In this document: positions 37,041 through 47,151 of the stretch, piece by piece
Layout: every line of letters begins with the position of its first letter
Position numbering within the stretch: position 1 is the first letter of the stretch
DNA from: Bacteroidota bacterium
GTDB lineage: Bacteria > Bacteroidota > Bacteroidia > Chitinophagales > Chitinophagaceae
Direction of reading: 5' to 3'
NCBI GenBank assembly: GCA_029561255.1
Contig: JAKQJH010000044.1
Location: 7,020 to 71,019, forward strand
Length of the DNA: 64,000 nt
The notes under the pieces: model-generated
What the model was told of the DNA's origin: nothing
Seen by the model: only the letters and a program-made list of their open reading frames with translations
Databases searched by the model: none
Program-made: the position numbers and the translations under genes

Positions 37041-37649
37041 TTGTCCTCCCATCCCCGACCATATTACCTCGTCAACGCCATCACACTCTACCGCATTGTA
37101 ACGGTTCCTGTATTGCTGTGGTTGTTATTTACCGGGCAGTATCCGCTATTTAAATGGGGTGTTGCACTCAGTTTCTTTACAGACCTGATTGATGGTTTTC
37201 TGGCCAGGCGTTTCAAGGTGACGAGTATCGCCGGTACAAAGCTTGATTCGATCGGGGATGACCTGACTGTGGCAGTGGCACTGACGGGTCTGATCATTAT
37301 TTTCCCTGAATTTGTCAAGACCCATTTTACGATATTGATGATACTGGCCGGGGTATTCCTGGCACAGCTGTCTTATGCTTTTTACCGCTATGGCCGGATG
37401 TCGAATTTTCATACCTGGCTGGCCAAGACAGCAGCGTTGCTGCAAGGTTGCTTCCTGATCCTTACGTTTTTTACAGGTCATCCTTCCGTGGTCTTTTTTT
37501 ACATCGCCACTGGTATCACATTGCTTGAATTAATAGAAGAAATCATACTGGTACATTTCCTTCCGGAATGGAAGGCCAATGTGCACAGTATCTTTCATGC
37601 ACAAAGCGATAAAAAAAAGAACGGGCTGAAAGAACAGCCCGTTCGTTAA
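37041..37649 (+). CDS. CDP-alcohol phosphatidyltransferase family protein
   Basis: NAITLYR, TDLIDGFLARR..GTKLDSIGDD motif. Confidence 0.9.
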   Translation: MSSHPRPYYLVNAITLYRIVTVPVLLWLLFTGQYPLFKWGVALSFFTDLIDGFLARRFKVTSIAGTKLDSIGDDLTVAVALTGLIIIFPEFVKTHFTILMILAGVFLAQLSYAFYRYGRMSNFHTWLAKTAALLQGCFLILTFFTGHPSVVFFYIATGITLLELIEEIILVHFLPEWKANVHSIFHAQSDKKKNGLKEQPVR

Positions 37650-37658
37650 ATACCAGAC

Positions 37659-38081
37659 TTACTGGATCACAATTTCCTTTTTCAGGGATTGCTTCTCCGC
37701 TAAGAGCGGAAGACTGACCTGTAAAACGCCATCGGCATATTTTGCCGTGATCGCATTTTTGTCAATGCTTTCATCCAGGGTAAAACTTCTCTTAAATCCG
37801 CCACGGCTGTATTCCCGCAGCACCCATTCCGGCCGGGGAAATCCCTCCGGCGGTGTGTACGAAACACTGAGCTCCTGACCGTTTACATCCAGGTGAAAAT
37901 GTTCACGAATACGTCCGGGAGCAAATACCAGCATTTCATAACTGTTGGCTGTCTTGTAAATGTTGACAGCCGCCCGTTGCATAGATCGGTTAAACGCGGG
38001 CCTGTTTCCGTACTGTTGGCCTTTTTCGGCCTCCTGCGCTGCAGCCTGACGCTGGCGCATACATGACTGATTGTAGTACAT
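37659..38081 (-). CDS. Hsp20/alpha-crystallin small heat-shock protein
   Basis: AVNIYKT..APG..REYSRGGFKRSFTL..ITAKYADGVLQVSLP. Confidence 0.9.
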   Translation of the reverse strand: MYYNQSCMRQRQAAAQEAEKGQQYGNRPAFNRSMQRAAVNIYKTANSYEMLVFAPGRIREHFHLDVNGQELSVSYTPPEGFPRPEWVLREYSRGGFKRSFTLDESIDKNAITAKYADGVLQVSLPLLAEKQSLKKEIVIQ

Positions 38082-38446
38082 GTTTTTTTGTTTTTAGTGA
38101 ATAAATAATGAATACGGTACCGGATGCACGAAATCTGTGCCGTGGAGAAATGCGGTTATTCTGTCAGGGTATACTGTGTTTTCCCTGACAAAAATCGGGA
38201 AGCCGGCTTCAATTTCAGTCCTTTTGACTTTTCCCTGACAATTGGCCGAACTGATATTAATTTGGTAATGGAATGAGGATAATCATCCAATAACCGCCTG
38301 TAAATGTCAACCTTGCATACTGATTGTTTTCCACTTACCGGCACAAAGCCGTAAGCTTTCCACTAATGCCCAGCCGGGCCCTGTTAATATGAAAAGGCTT
38401 TCCATCTTTTTAAATTCAGGTAACTTACCAATAAATCCCCTGTATT

Positions 38447-38938
38447 ATGTCAGAATCAACTAAAACCTTTAAGGTGAAGGCAAATGATTTTGTCTTCTTC
38501 TTTGACCAGGCAGCCATCGATGCCGCTGACTTTTTCAAAAAATCACCCGAGGAATTCAACCTGATCATGGATCACCGATCAGTGAATGCCCGCCTGCTGG
38601 AAGCAGATATCAATGGCAAGAAAATAAAACTGGAAGTCGACGGTGAGTCCTTTGATATGGAAATCAAAGATCCGCTGGACCAGATGCTGGACAGTATGGG
38701 CTTCAGCAGTGCTTCCACCAAGCATATTAAAGAGATCAAAGCACCCATGCCCGGACTCGTTCTGGAGATTGCGGTGAAGGAAGGACAGGAAGTAAAAGAA
38801 GGGGACCGTATCCTGATCCTGGAAGCCATGAAAATGGAAAACAGTATTATGATCCAGAGCAATGCGGTGATCAAACGTATTGCCGTTACAACCGGTCAGG
38901 CTGTGGATAAAGGCCAGGTTCTGGTGGAACTTGAATAA
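38447..38938 (+). CDS. Biotin carboxyl carrier protein
   Basis: IKAPMPG..LEAMKMEN biotinylation motif. Confidence 0.95.
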   Translation: MSESTKTFKVKANDFVFFFDQAAIDAADFFKKSPEEFNLIMDHRSVNARLLEADINGKKIKLEVDGESFDMEIKDPLDQMLDSMGFSSASTKHIKEIKAPMPGLVLEIAVKEGQEVKEGDRILILEAMKMENSIMIQSNAVIKRIAVTTGQAVDKGQVLVELE

Positions 38939-38959
38939 TTCAACTTTAAAACGATTCTA

Positions 38960-40435
38960 ATGAAAAAAATACTTGTGGCCAACCGGGGAGAAATTGCTCT
39001 TCGTATTATGCGTACCATCCGTAAGATGGGTATCAAATCAGTGGCGGTTTATTCAGATGCCGACCGTCACGCCCCCCATGTATTATTCGCGGATGAAGCG
39101 GTTCACCTGGGTGCAGCACCTTCCAGTCAGTCATATCTTAATGGCGATAAAATAATCGCAATCAGTAAAGAACTCGGTGTGGATGGCATTCACCCGGGGT
39201 ATGGTTTCCTGAGTGAGAATGCTGATTTTGCCCAGAAAGTAACCGATGCAGGGATTGAGTTTATCGGCCCCACCCCGGAAGCCATGCGGGTGATGGGTTC
39301 CAAACTGGCGGCCAAGGACAGTGTGAAAAAATACAATATTCCCATGGTACCCGGCATTGATCATGCGATTGAAGATGTGAATGAAGCCATCGAAACCGCC
39401 AATAAAATCGGTTACCCGATTCTGATCAAAGCCTCTGCCGGTGGTGGGGGTAAGGGGATGCGTATCGTGGAACGCGCGGATGATATGCAGGAGCAAATGG
39501 AAAGAGCAATCAGTGAGGCCAAATCCTCATTCGGGGATGGCTCCGTCTTTATTGAAAAATATGTAACCTCTCCCCGCCATATCGAAGTACAGGTGGTGGC
39601 TGATAAATATGGTAATGTAATTCATGGTCTCGAACGCGAATGCAGTATCCAGCGCCGTCATCAGAAAGTGGTGGAAGAAACTCCTTCAGCTGTGGTGACT
39701 CCGGAAATGCGGGATCGTATCGGGGAAGCAGCCGTGATGGTGGCTAAATCCTGTAATTATGTAAGCACCGGAACGGTGGAATTCCTGGTGGATGATAAAC
39801 TGAATTTCTATTTCCTGGAAATGAATACCCGCCTGCAGGTGGAACACCCGGTTTCTGAAATGATCATCGGTCTCGACCTGGTGGAACAACAGATCCGGAT
39901 TGCCCGCGGGGAAAAATTATCGGTTACCCAGGATGATATCAAACCTAACGGACATGCCATTGAACTGCGGGTATATGCGGAAGACCCGCTGAATAATTTC
40001 CTGCCGTCCATTGGTACTCTTACCAAATACCAGAAACCGGTGGGAGAAGGCATCCGTGTGGATGATGGCTATGAAGAAGGAATGACTATTCCTATTTATT
40101 ATGATCCGATGATTGCCAAACTGGTGGTGCATGGTAAAACCCGCACGGAAGCCATCCAGAAAATGTTGCAGGCAATCAAAGATTATAAGATTGAAGGCGT
40201 GGCTACTACTTTACCCTTTGGCACATTTGTGTTTGAACACGATGCATTCTTCAGCGGAAATTTTGATACCCACTTCGTTAAAAACTATTATACACCAGAG
40301 AAGATAAAGGAAAAACAAAAGGCAAATGCGGAAGTCGCTGCGCTGATGGCTTTGAAATACTGGCAGGAGCAACAGAAAAAACTCAGCCCCGTGGATCATA
40401 AATCCACCAGTTGGAAAAGGAGACTGGCGCATTAG
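38960..40435 (+). CDS. accC: Biotin carboxylase subunit of an acyl-CoA (probably propionyl-CoA) carboxylase
   Basis: ANRGEIA, HPGYGFLSEN, GGGGKGMR, RECSIQRRHQK, EMNTRLQVEHP. Confidence 0.93.
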   Translation: MKKILVANRGEIALRIMRTIRKMGIKSVAVYSDADRHAPHVLFADEAVHLGAAPSSQSYLNGDKIIAISKELGVDGIHPGYGFLSENADFAQKVTDAGIEFIGPTPEAMRVMGSKLAAKDSVKKYNIPMVPGIDHAIEDVNEAIETANKIGYPILIKASAGGGGKGMRIVERADDMQEQMERAISEAKSSFGDGSVFIEKYVTSPRHIEVQVVADKYGNVIHGLERECSIQRRHQKVVEETPSAVVTPEMRDRIGEAAVMVAKSCNYVSTGTVEFLVDDKLNFYFLEMNTRLQVEHPVSEMIIGLDLVEQQIRIARGEKLSVTQDDIKPNGHAIELRVYAEDPLNNFLPSIGTLTKYQKPVGEGIRVDDGYEEGMTIPIYYDPMIAKLVVHGKTRTEAIQKMLQAIKDYKIEGVATTLPFGTFVFEHDAFFSGNFDTHFVKNYYTPEKIKEKQKANAEVAALMALKYWQEQQKKLSPVDHKSTSWKRRLAH

Positions 40436-40443
40436 GGCGGCTC

Positions 40444-40640
40444 TTGTCATGGTGAGCTTGTCGAACCATGACCAAGAAAGGGCACTCTCTTCGTCGCCCT
40501 TCGGCAACCCTTCGGCAAGCTCAGGGTGACATGAACACCGTCTCAGAAGGACAAGAGCTGTTGTCACCCTGCCTGCCGACCGTAGCGTAGCGAAGGTGGG
40601 AGCCTGCCTACCGGACAGGCAGGCATGTCGAAGGGTGAAG
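40444..40640. repeat. REP cluster of the GTCACCCTGAGCTTGTCGAAGG family, one copy with two nested inserts
   Basis: TGTCATGGTGAGCTTGTCGAACCATGAC; CCCTTCGGCAAGCTCAGGGTGACA; TGTCACCCT[..]GAG[CCTGCCTACCGGACAGGCAGG]CATGTCGAAGGGTGA. Confidence 0.8.
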
Positions 40641-40696
40641 TAGAAAAAAGTAAATGGTTAATTAAGGTATAAACCTAAAACACAAAACCTACAACA

Positions 40697-42238
40697 ATGA
40701 AATCTAAAGTTGAAATACTCAGGGAAAAACTGGAAGAAGGTAAACTCGGTGGCGGCATAAAACGGATCGAGGCCCAGCATAAGAAAGGTAAACTGACGGC
40801 CCGCGAACGGGTGGAACTGCTGATGGACCCGGGATCCTTTGAAGAGATCGGAGCCCTGGTTACGCACCGGACCAAGGACTTTGGAATGGAAGACCAGAAA
40901 TTTTATGGCGATGGAGTGATCACCGGTTATGGTACAGTAAATGGCAGACTCGTTTATGTGTTTGCCCAGGACTTCACCGTATTTGGCGGGGCACTTTCAG
41001 AAACCCATGCGGAGAAAATCTGCCGGATCATGGATATGGCTATGAAAGCCGGTGCACCGATGGTAGGTCTGAATGACTCCGGGGGTGCCCGTATACAGGA
41101 AGGCGTACGTTCACTGGGTGGATATGCCGATATTTTTTACCGTAATGTGCAGTCCTCCGGTGTGATTCCCCAGATCTCCGCGATCATGGGCCCATGCGCC
41201 GGCGGAGCCGTTTATTCTCCGGCCATGACCGATTTTACCATCATGGTGGAAAACACCAGTTATATGTTTGTCACGGGTCCCAATGTAGTGAAAACCGTGA
41301 CCAACGAAGAAGTCAGTTCCGAAGAACTAGGAGGAGCTTCTACCCATTCCACCAAGTCAGGGGTAACACACCTGACCGCCCTGAATGATATGGACTGCAT
41401 CAACCAGGTGAAGACCATGCTGAGCTATATGCCGCAAAACTGTGAGGATGTGGTAGTGAAACACCCCTATACAATGGGTGATGAAACAAGGGAAATACTC
41501 GAGACTATTGTACCCGCCAGTGCCAACCAACCGTATGATATCCGCAGTGTGATCAATGGCATCTGTGATGAGGAATCTTTCTTTGAAGTACATAAATACT
41601 ATGCGGATAATATTGTAGTGGGTTTTGCGCGTCTGGCCGGCCGTAGTATCGGCATCGTGGCGAATCAGCCAATGTGCCTGGCCGGGGTACTGGATATCGA
41701 CAGTTCCAAGAAAGGCGCCCGGTTTACCCGCTTCTGTGATTGTTTTAATATTCCGCTGCTGGTGTTGGTGGATGTGCCGGGCTTCCTTCCGGGTACCGAT
41801 CAGGAATGGAATGGTATTATTACCAATGGCGCCAAACTGCTGTATGCGTTGAGTGAAGCAACAGTACCACGTTGTACCGTGATCACCCGAAAAGCCTATG
41901 GAGGAGCCTATGATGTGATGAATTCCAAGCATATTGGGGCCGACATGAACTATGCCTGGCCCAGTGCTGAAATCGCAGTGATGGGAGCCAAGGGAGCCAG
42001 TGAAATCATTTTCAAAAGTGAAATTGCTGCGGCTGAAGATCCGGCTAAAAAACTGCTCGAGAAAGAGGCCGAGTATGCGGAACTCTTTGCCAACCCGTAT
42101 ACCGCTGCGGAAAGAGGATTTATTGATGAAGTGATAGAGCCCAGGGAAACCCGGAAAAAACTGATCAAGGCTTTTGCCATGCTGGAGAATAAAGTGGCCA
42201 AACGCCCGAGAAAAAAACACGGGAATATTCCTTTATAG
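40697..42238 (+). CDS. pccB: Acyl-CoA carboxylase carboxyltransferase beta chain (PccB/MmdA)
   Basis: [53 protein letters not shown]. Confidence 0.92.
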   Translation: MKSKVEILREKLEEGKLGGGIKRIEAQHKKGKLTARERVELLMDPGSFEEIGALVTHRTKDFGMEDQKFYGDGVITGYGTVNGRLVYVFAQDFTVFGGALSETHAEKICRIMDMAMKAGAPMVGLNDSGGARIQEGVRSLGGYADIFYRNVQSSGVIPQISAIMGPCAGGAVYSPAMTDFTIMVENTSYMFVTGPNVVKTVTNEEVSSEELGGASTHSTKSGVTHLTALNDMDCINQVKTMLSYMPQNCEDVVVKHPYTMGDETREILETIVPASANQPYDIRSVINGICDEESFFEVHKYYADNIVVGFARLAGRSIGIVANQPMCLAGVLDIDSSKKGARFTRFCDCFNIPLLVLVDVPGFLPGTDQEWNGIITNGAKLLYALSEATVPRCTVITRKAYGGAYDVMNSKHIGADMNYAWPSAEIAVMGAKGASEIIFKSEIAAAEDPAKKLLEKEAEYAELFANPYTAAERGFIDEVIEPRETRKKLIKAFAMLENKVAKRPRKKHGNIPL

Positions 42239-42248
42239 TTCATTATTT

Positions 42249-42295
42249 AAAAGGGACAGCTGCTATTGCTTATGCAATAGCAGCTGTCCCTTTTT
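42249..42295. terminator. Bidirectional terminator between convergent genes
   Basis: Perfect stem AAAAGGGACAGCTGCTATTGC / GCAATAGCAGCTGTCCCTTTT. Confidence 0.9.
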
Positions 42296-42309
42296 ATGCA
42301 TTTTATCTG

Positions 42310-43107
42310 CTAAGCGGGGCGATTCGAATCTTGACGAAAGATGGATGTGAGCAGCTGATACAGTTCCGGATTTTTCCGTTCCAGTAAATCCGGGCGTTCA
42401 AAAAAGTATTCCGCCACTACGGCAAAAAACTCGGCTTCATTGGTAGCTCCATACGGGTTGATATCCGATTTATCAGCCAGTATCTTTTTGATTTCTTTTT
42501 GCATGGCCTGCAACCAGGGCAACACGTATTGCCGCTGCATCAGTATTTCCGGAATGCCGTCCACTGTACCATCCGTTTTATCCACGAGATGAACAAATTC
42601 ATGGATGGCGGTATTGGTCTTACTGGTTTTATTGAGAAAAGCCTGTCTTAATTCATGTTGCGATAAAACCATCACGCCGTTCAGCGCTCCTTCGCCCACC
42701 ATACCCAGTATGGAACGGTCTGCCCCCTCTTGTTCAAAATCATGATTAAAGGAATCCGGATAAAGCAATACCTCCCGCAAGTTGATATATTCCCAGTCCG
42801 GGAATGAAAAAATCGGGATGATGGCACTGGCTCCGATCAGAACTTTGTCCAATTCCTCCACAGGGGTATTGACCCCGGTAACACGGGTTTGTTGCAGAAA
42901 AGCCTGTATTCTCTTTTCAAAAGCCGTTTTACCGTTTGTGTCCAGTTCCTGGTAGAAAACGGATTGTTCATCCAGCAGGGAGCGCCAGTGTTCCGGGAAA
43001 GGGGGAAGGGTAGTTTGTTTTTTAGAACCAGTACGGAATGCCACACTCAGCAAAAGCGTTAGGATCGCCAGGACAAACAGGATAAGTAAAATGGTCTCCA
43101 TCGGCAT
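42310..43107 (-). CDS. M90 (MtfA-like) zinc peptidase
   Basis: EVLLYPDSF, IHEFVHLVD (HExxH), YGATNEAEFFAVVAEYFFERP. Confidence 0.92.
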   Translation of the reverse strand: MPMETILLILFVLAILTLLLSVAFRTGSKKQTTLPPFPEHWRSLLDEQSVFYQELDTNGKTAFEKRIQAFLQQTRVTGVNTPVEELDKVLIGASAIIPIFSFPDWEYINLREVLLYPDSFNHDFEQEGADRSILGMVGEGALNGVMVLSQHELRQAFLNKTSKTNTAIHEFVHLVDKTDGTVDGIPEILMQRQYVLPWLQAMQKEIKKILADKSDINPYGATNEAEFFAVVAEYFFERPDLLERKNPELYQLLTSIFRQDSNRPA

Positions 43108-43138
43108 GAATATAGAAATTACCGGGGAGATTCGGGGC

Positions 43139-43489
43139 TCAGATCAGTTCTTTATTTGCCGCCGCTATAAAACAAAGACCGGTCAGCCCGGAAGGCAGTC
43201 CATATATCAAAGCCATTATCAGGTCTTGTTGGAAAATGAAATAGCCAACCAGCAGCAGCGCCCCGGCCAGCAGGAGCCTGCCTCCCCAGAGCGGACTATA
43301 CCAGGCCACTATAAAACCGGTCAGGCTAAGTAAAGTGAATGGAATAAATTCCAGCAGCTCTTTTCCTTTTCCGTTTAATATTTCGGGCACTCCTTCTCCA
43401 ATAAAGAAGGCGGCAAAAAAGGCCGTAATCAGTATTCCACTGATACGGCCTGTCCAGTTCAGGATCATGTGATGTTGCATGAGTTTCAT
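43139..43489 (-). CDS. Hypothetical four-TM membrane protein
   Basis: Four hydrophobic segments in 116 aa; co-oriented with neighbours. Confidence 0.7.
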   Translation of the reverse strand: MKLMQHHMILNWTGRISGILITAFFAAFFIGEGVPEILNGKGKELLEFIPFTLLSLTGFIVAWYSPLWGGRLLLAGALLLVGYFIFQQDLIMALIYGLPSGLTGLCFIAAANKELI

Positions 43490-43509
43490 TTTACCTTATT
43501 ATACTTTGA

Positions 43510-44169
43510 TCACATGGCTTTTTTCACCGGTTGTTCTTTCAGGTTGATTAGTACATTTTTTTTCAGCATATTCAGGGTGATCAATCTTCCATGTTCATCT
43601 CCCATTTTTTCAGTGGAGGCCGGATCAAAGGACTGGCTCTGTGCGGAATAAAGCAATTCATTTTTTTCCAGCGCATAGAGATTGGTTTCCCAGAAATATT
43701 TTGTGTCCTCTGTATAATATCCTTCCGTGTAGATCCGCCCGTACATCGTGCGGGAATACCCCCAGAAACGGTTATAGTAAATGCGGTAAGGTGTATATTG
43801 TACACGGCCAGGGACATAATACCGTTCCTGGGTTTTATCCAGTAACACCACTGTAAGTACGGCATCCACCCCTGAACTTTTTAATTTGGCCAGCGCCTGT
43901 TCTTCCGTCATATTTTCAAAGGCTTTTGGATTGTATTCATCACAGGAACAGGTGGCGTCGTAACCCAAGGTAAGGAGTTCACCAACCAGGTGTTGTTCCA
44001 TACTCTCGCGGAGGTGACGGTCTTGTTCGCGGATCAATCCCAATACAATGATTTTCTTAAACGCCTGCGGCTGTACATTGTCTGCTTTCCAGGAGCTGGT
44101 GATACGGGAAGAACTGCATCCAGGCAGGAGGAATAACAACAGTACAGCCATGTAGAATAGCTGTTTCAT
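43510..44169 (-). CDS. Hypothetical lipoprotein (DUF4136-like)
   Basis: Lipobox LPGC, SSWK, Tyr-rich loop, WETNLY..LLYSAQS. Confidence 0.75.
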   Translation of the reverse strand: MKQLFYMAVLLLFLLPGCSSSRITSSWKADNVQPQAFKKIIVLGLIREQDRHLRESMEQHLVGELLTLGYDATCSCDEYNPKAFENMTEEQALAKLKSSGVDAVLTVVLLDKTQERYYVPGRVQYTPYRIYYNRFWGYSRTMYGRIYTEGYYTEDTKYFWETNLYALEKNELLYSAQSQSFDPASTEKMGDEHGRLITLNMLKKNVLINLKEQPVKKAM

Positions 44170-44496
44170 GTTATTATATTTTATTCACTCTTAAGTTAGT
44201 TCATATTGTAAGCGATAACTATGAGTTATCTCATTTGTCAGAATGAGCGTCCTCAATCAGCAAAGCTTTGAATGTATACTATATAACTTATTGAATGATA
44301 ATCTGGTGAATGGGAGCACGCTACACATTACAATTGCTGGTTAATGTAATATGGGTATATTTATCTTTCTTTCCTGGCCGTAAAGCAGTATATACATGCA
44401 TTACTGAGAATGTCTGCTGCAAAATCAGTCTGTACCAGTTTGAATAACTGGTTACGGTCTTATCAGGTAATATCTTTTAACATTAAATATAAAGCC

Positions 44497-45870
44497 ATGA
44501 TAAGTGTAATTATCCCTGCTTTAAATGAGGAGAAAACCGTAGGTGATGTGGTTAAGCTGGCTTTGTCATCTGTGGGTGTCACGGAGGTAATAGTCGTAGA
44601 CGATAAGTCACTCGATGCCACGGTTGCAACCGCCAAAGCAGCCGGGGCGGTGGTGATCACCAGTACCAAGTTGGGCAAAGGTACCTCCATGAAGGACGGG
44701 ATACTGTATGCGAATAACGAACTGATTGTTTTTCTGGATGCGGATATCATCACTTATCCGGAGAATATCATATCACTGCTTACGGCTCCTTTGGTGAAGG
44801 ATACGGCAGATTTTAGCAAATCATTTTTTTCGCGGCAGGCCGGCCGGGTCACGGAGTTGGTGGCGAAACCGCTTTTATCCATTTTGTACCCGGATTTTCC
44901 TTCATTCTGGCAACCGTTAAGTGGTATGATTGCCGGAAAGAAGAGTATGTTTAAGAAAATTCACTTTGAGGAAGGCTATGGGGTGGATATAGGTATCCTC
45001 ATTGATATGTACCAGCAGGGGGCCAGGATTGCTGAAGTGAATATCGGACATATTGAAAATAGAATGCAGTCGCTGGAACAATTGGGTAAAATGTCCCGTG
45101 AAGTGGCCGCTGTGATACTTAAGAAATCCAGTCATAAGGGAGAGAATAATTATGAGACACTCGAACATATACAACTGATCCGGGAGCAAATGGAGTTTGC
45201 CATCCGGGAAAGTTCGAGGAGTTTGAAGAAAGTGGCCATTTTTGATATGGATAATACGCTGCTACGGGCCAGTTTTATTCATACAGCAGCGGAACATTTT
45301 GGGTTCAGGAAAGAACTGATTGAAATTGTTACTACACAAAACAATCCTTTTATCCGGACTAAACTGATTGCCCGTTTATTAAAAGGGCGGGATTTCAGCG
45401 AGCTGATCCGGCTGGCTGATTCAATTCCCGTTACCGATCATACCAGTGAAATCATTCAGCTGCTCCGGGATAATGGATTTGTGGTGGGAATTATATCTGA
45501 CAGTTATGATTGTATCACCAATCATTTGAAAAACCGGTTTGGCTTTGATTTTTCCCTGGCCAATGAACTGGAATTTTCAAAAAGCGTCGCTACCGGTGAG
45601 GTTAAAATACCTTCCTTTTTTCTGTCACATGAAGGCAGTATGTGTAATCATGAGTATTGCAAAACACATGCACTGACCCATATTTGCAACCGGTTTTCAG
45701 TACCTGTTTCAGATACACTGGCCATTGGCGACAGTGAAAATGATATCTGTATTATAAAAAAAGCCGGAATCGGGGTTTCTTTTTGTTCATCCAATCAGTT
45801 GCTGGATGCTGTAGCTGATTTTATTGTTAAAGAAGCTGATTTTAATTTATTAACTCCAGTAATTGAATAA
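44497..45870 (+). CDS. Glucosyl-3-phosphoglycerate-synthase-like glycosyltransferase fused to a HAD-IB phosphatase
   Basis: IPALNEE, FLDAD, GRVTELVAKPLL, QPLSG, GYGVDIGILID (GpgS signature); FDMDNTL, ISDS, AIGDSEND (HAD motifs). Confidence 0.85.
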   Translation: MISVIIPALNEEKTVGDVVKLALSSVGVTEVIVVDDKSLDATVATAKAAGAVVITSTKLGKGTSMKDGILYANNELIVFLDADIITYPENIISLLTAPLVKDTADFSKSFFSRQAGRVTELVAKPLLSILYPDFPSFWQPLSGMIAGKKSMFKKIHFEEGYGVDIGILIDMYQQGARIAEVNIGHIENRMQSLEQLGKMSREVAAVILKKSSHKGENNYETLEHIQLIREQMEFAIRESSRSLKKVAIFDMDNTLLRASFIHTAAEHFGFRKELIEIVTTQNNPFIRTKLIARLLKGRDFSELIRLADSIPVTDHTSEIIQLLRDNGFVVGIISDSYDCITNHLKNRFGFDFSLANELEFSKSVATGEVKIPSFFLSHEGSMCNHEYCKTHALTHICNRFSVPVSDTLAIGDSENDICIIKKAGIGVSFCSSNQLLDAVADFIVKEADFNLLTPVIE

Positions 45871-45875
45871 ACTGT

Positions 45876-47150
45876 ATGTTCATTTTTTTCCTGATCGCTG
45901 TTTTTGTCATTGGTTATATTGCCATTGCCTTTGAACATCCGTTGCGGCTGAATAAAGCCGCTTCGGCCATGATCACCGGTGTTCTTTGCTGGACGATTTA
46001 TATGTTCAGTTCTGCATCCGCAGAAACAGTAACAGACGAACTGCTTCATCACCTGGGAGAGATCGCCTCCATTCTTTTCTTTCTGCTGGGGGCCATGACT
46101 ATTGTGGAACTGATCGATACACATAATGGCTTTGAGTTTATTACCCGGCATATTACAACCCGGAGTAAAAGCCGGCTATTGATTATTGTAGTGGTGATTA
46201 CTTTTTTCCTGTCTGCCTTACTGGATAACCTGACCACCGCAATTGTAATGGCTTCCCTCTGTGCCCGCCTGTTAAAGAATAAAGAAGATAAACTCTGGTT
46301 TTGCGGTATGATTGTTATTTCAGCCAATGCCGGCGGGGCCTGGTCGCCACTGGGTGACGTTACCACCACCATGCTCTGGATCGGTGGTCAGATTACCGCG
46401 TTAAATATTATGAAACAACTGATTCTGCCCAGCCTGGTCGTTTGTGCATTGCCCTTGGCACTGGTAGCCTGGCGGTTCAGGGGACAGCAGATTGACCGGT
46501 TGGAAGAAAAGGATGATCAAACAAAAGCCGAAAAGAAAGATGGGTTGCTGATCCTTTTTTCCGGAATCGGTTTCCTGGTTTTTGTACCCGTATTTAAAAC
46601 GCTGACCCATTTACCTCCATTTATGGGTATGCTGCTGGCACTAGGCCTGATGTGGGTGATTACCACTTTTCTACATAAAGACAAAGAACCTGAGCAGCTG
46701 GAAAAACTTACCGTAGCCCGGGCACTTCAGAAAGTGGATAGTCCCAGTATCCTGTTTTTCCTGGGTATACTGCTGGCTGTTTCTTCCCTGCAATCAGCCG
46801 GCCTGCTTCAGACAGGAGCCAGTTGGTTAAGCAATACACTCGGGAATGATTATATGATCGGTTCTTTCCTGGGATTATTGTCGGCCGTGGTGGATAATGT
46901 ACCGCTGGTTGCAGCATCCCAGGGTATGTATGATCTGCAGACCTATCCGACCGATCATCCTTTCTGGGAATTCCTGGCGCTTACTACCGGAACCGGTGGC
47001 AGTGCCATTATTATAGGTTCCGCCGCTGGGGTGGCTGTTATGGGGATAGAAAAAATCGATTTTATGTGGTATCTCCGGAATATCAGCTGGCTGGCCCTGA
47101 TTGGGTTTGCCGGGGGTATTGCGGTTTTCCTGCTGCAAATGCAATTTTAA
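45876..47150 (+). CDS. nhaD: NhaD-type Na+/H+ antiporter
   Basis: FLLGAMTIVELID, SALLDNLTT, ANAGGAWSPLGDVTTTMLW, SAVVDNVPLVAA, IGSAAGV. Confidence 0.92.
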   Translation: MFIFFLIAVFVIGYIAIAFEHPLRLNKAASAMITGVLCWTIYMFSSASAETVTDELLHHLGEIASILFFLLGAMTIVELIDTHNGFEFITRHITTRSKSRLLIIVVVITFFLSALLDNLTTAIVMASLCARLLKNKEDKLWFCGMIVISANAGGAWSPLGDVTTTMLWIGGQITALNIMKQLILPSLVVCALPLALVAWRFRGQQIDRLEEKDDQTKAEKKDGLLILFSGIGFLVFVPVFKTLTHLPPFMGMLLALGLMWVITTFLHKDKEPEQLEKLTVARALQKVDSPSILFFLGILLAVSSLQSAGLLQTGASWLSNTLGNDYMIGSFLGLLSAVVDNVPLVAASQGMYDLQTYPTDHPFWEFLALTTGTGGSAIIIGSAAGVAVMGIEKIDFMWYLRNISWLALIGFAGGIAVFLLQMQF

Positions 47151-47151
47151 T

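Noticed and set aside
41357-42220. Long antisense ORFs (287 aa here; also 12412-13182 and 57122-57823)
   Set aside because: Shadow frames of conserved genes with no recognisable motifs.
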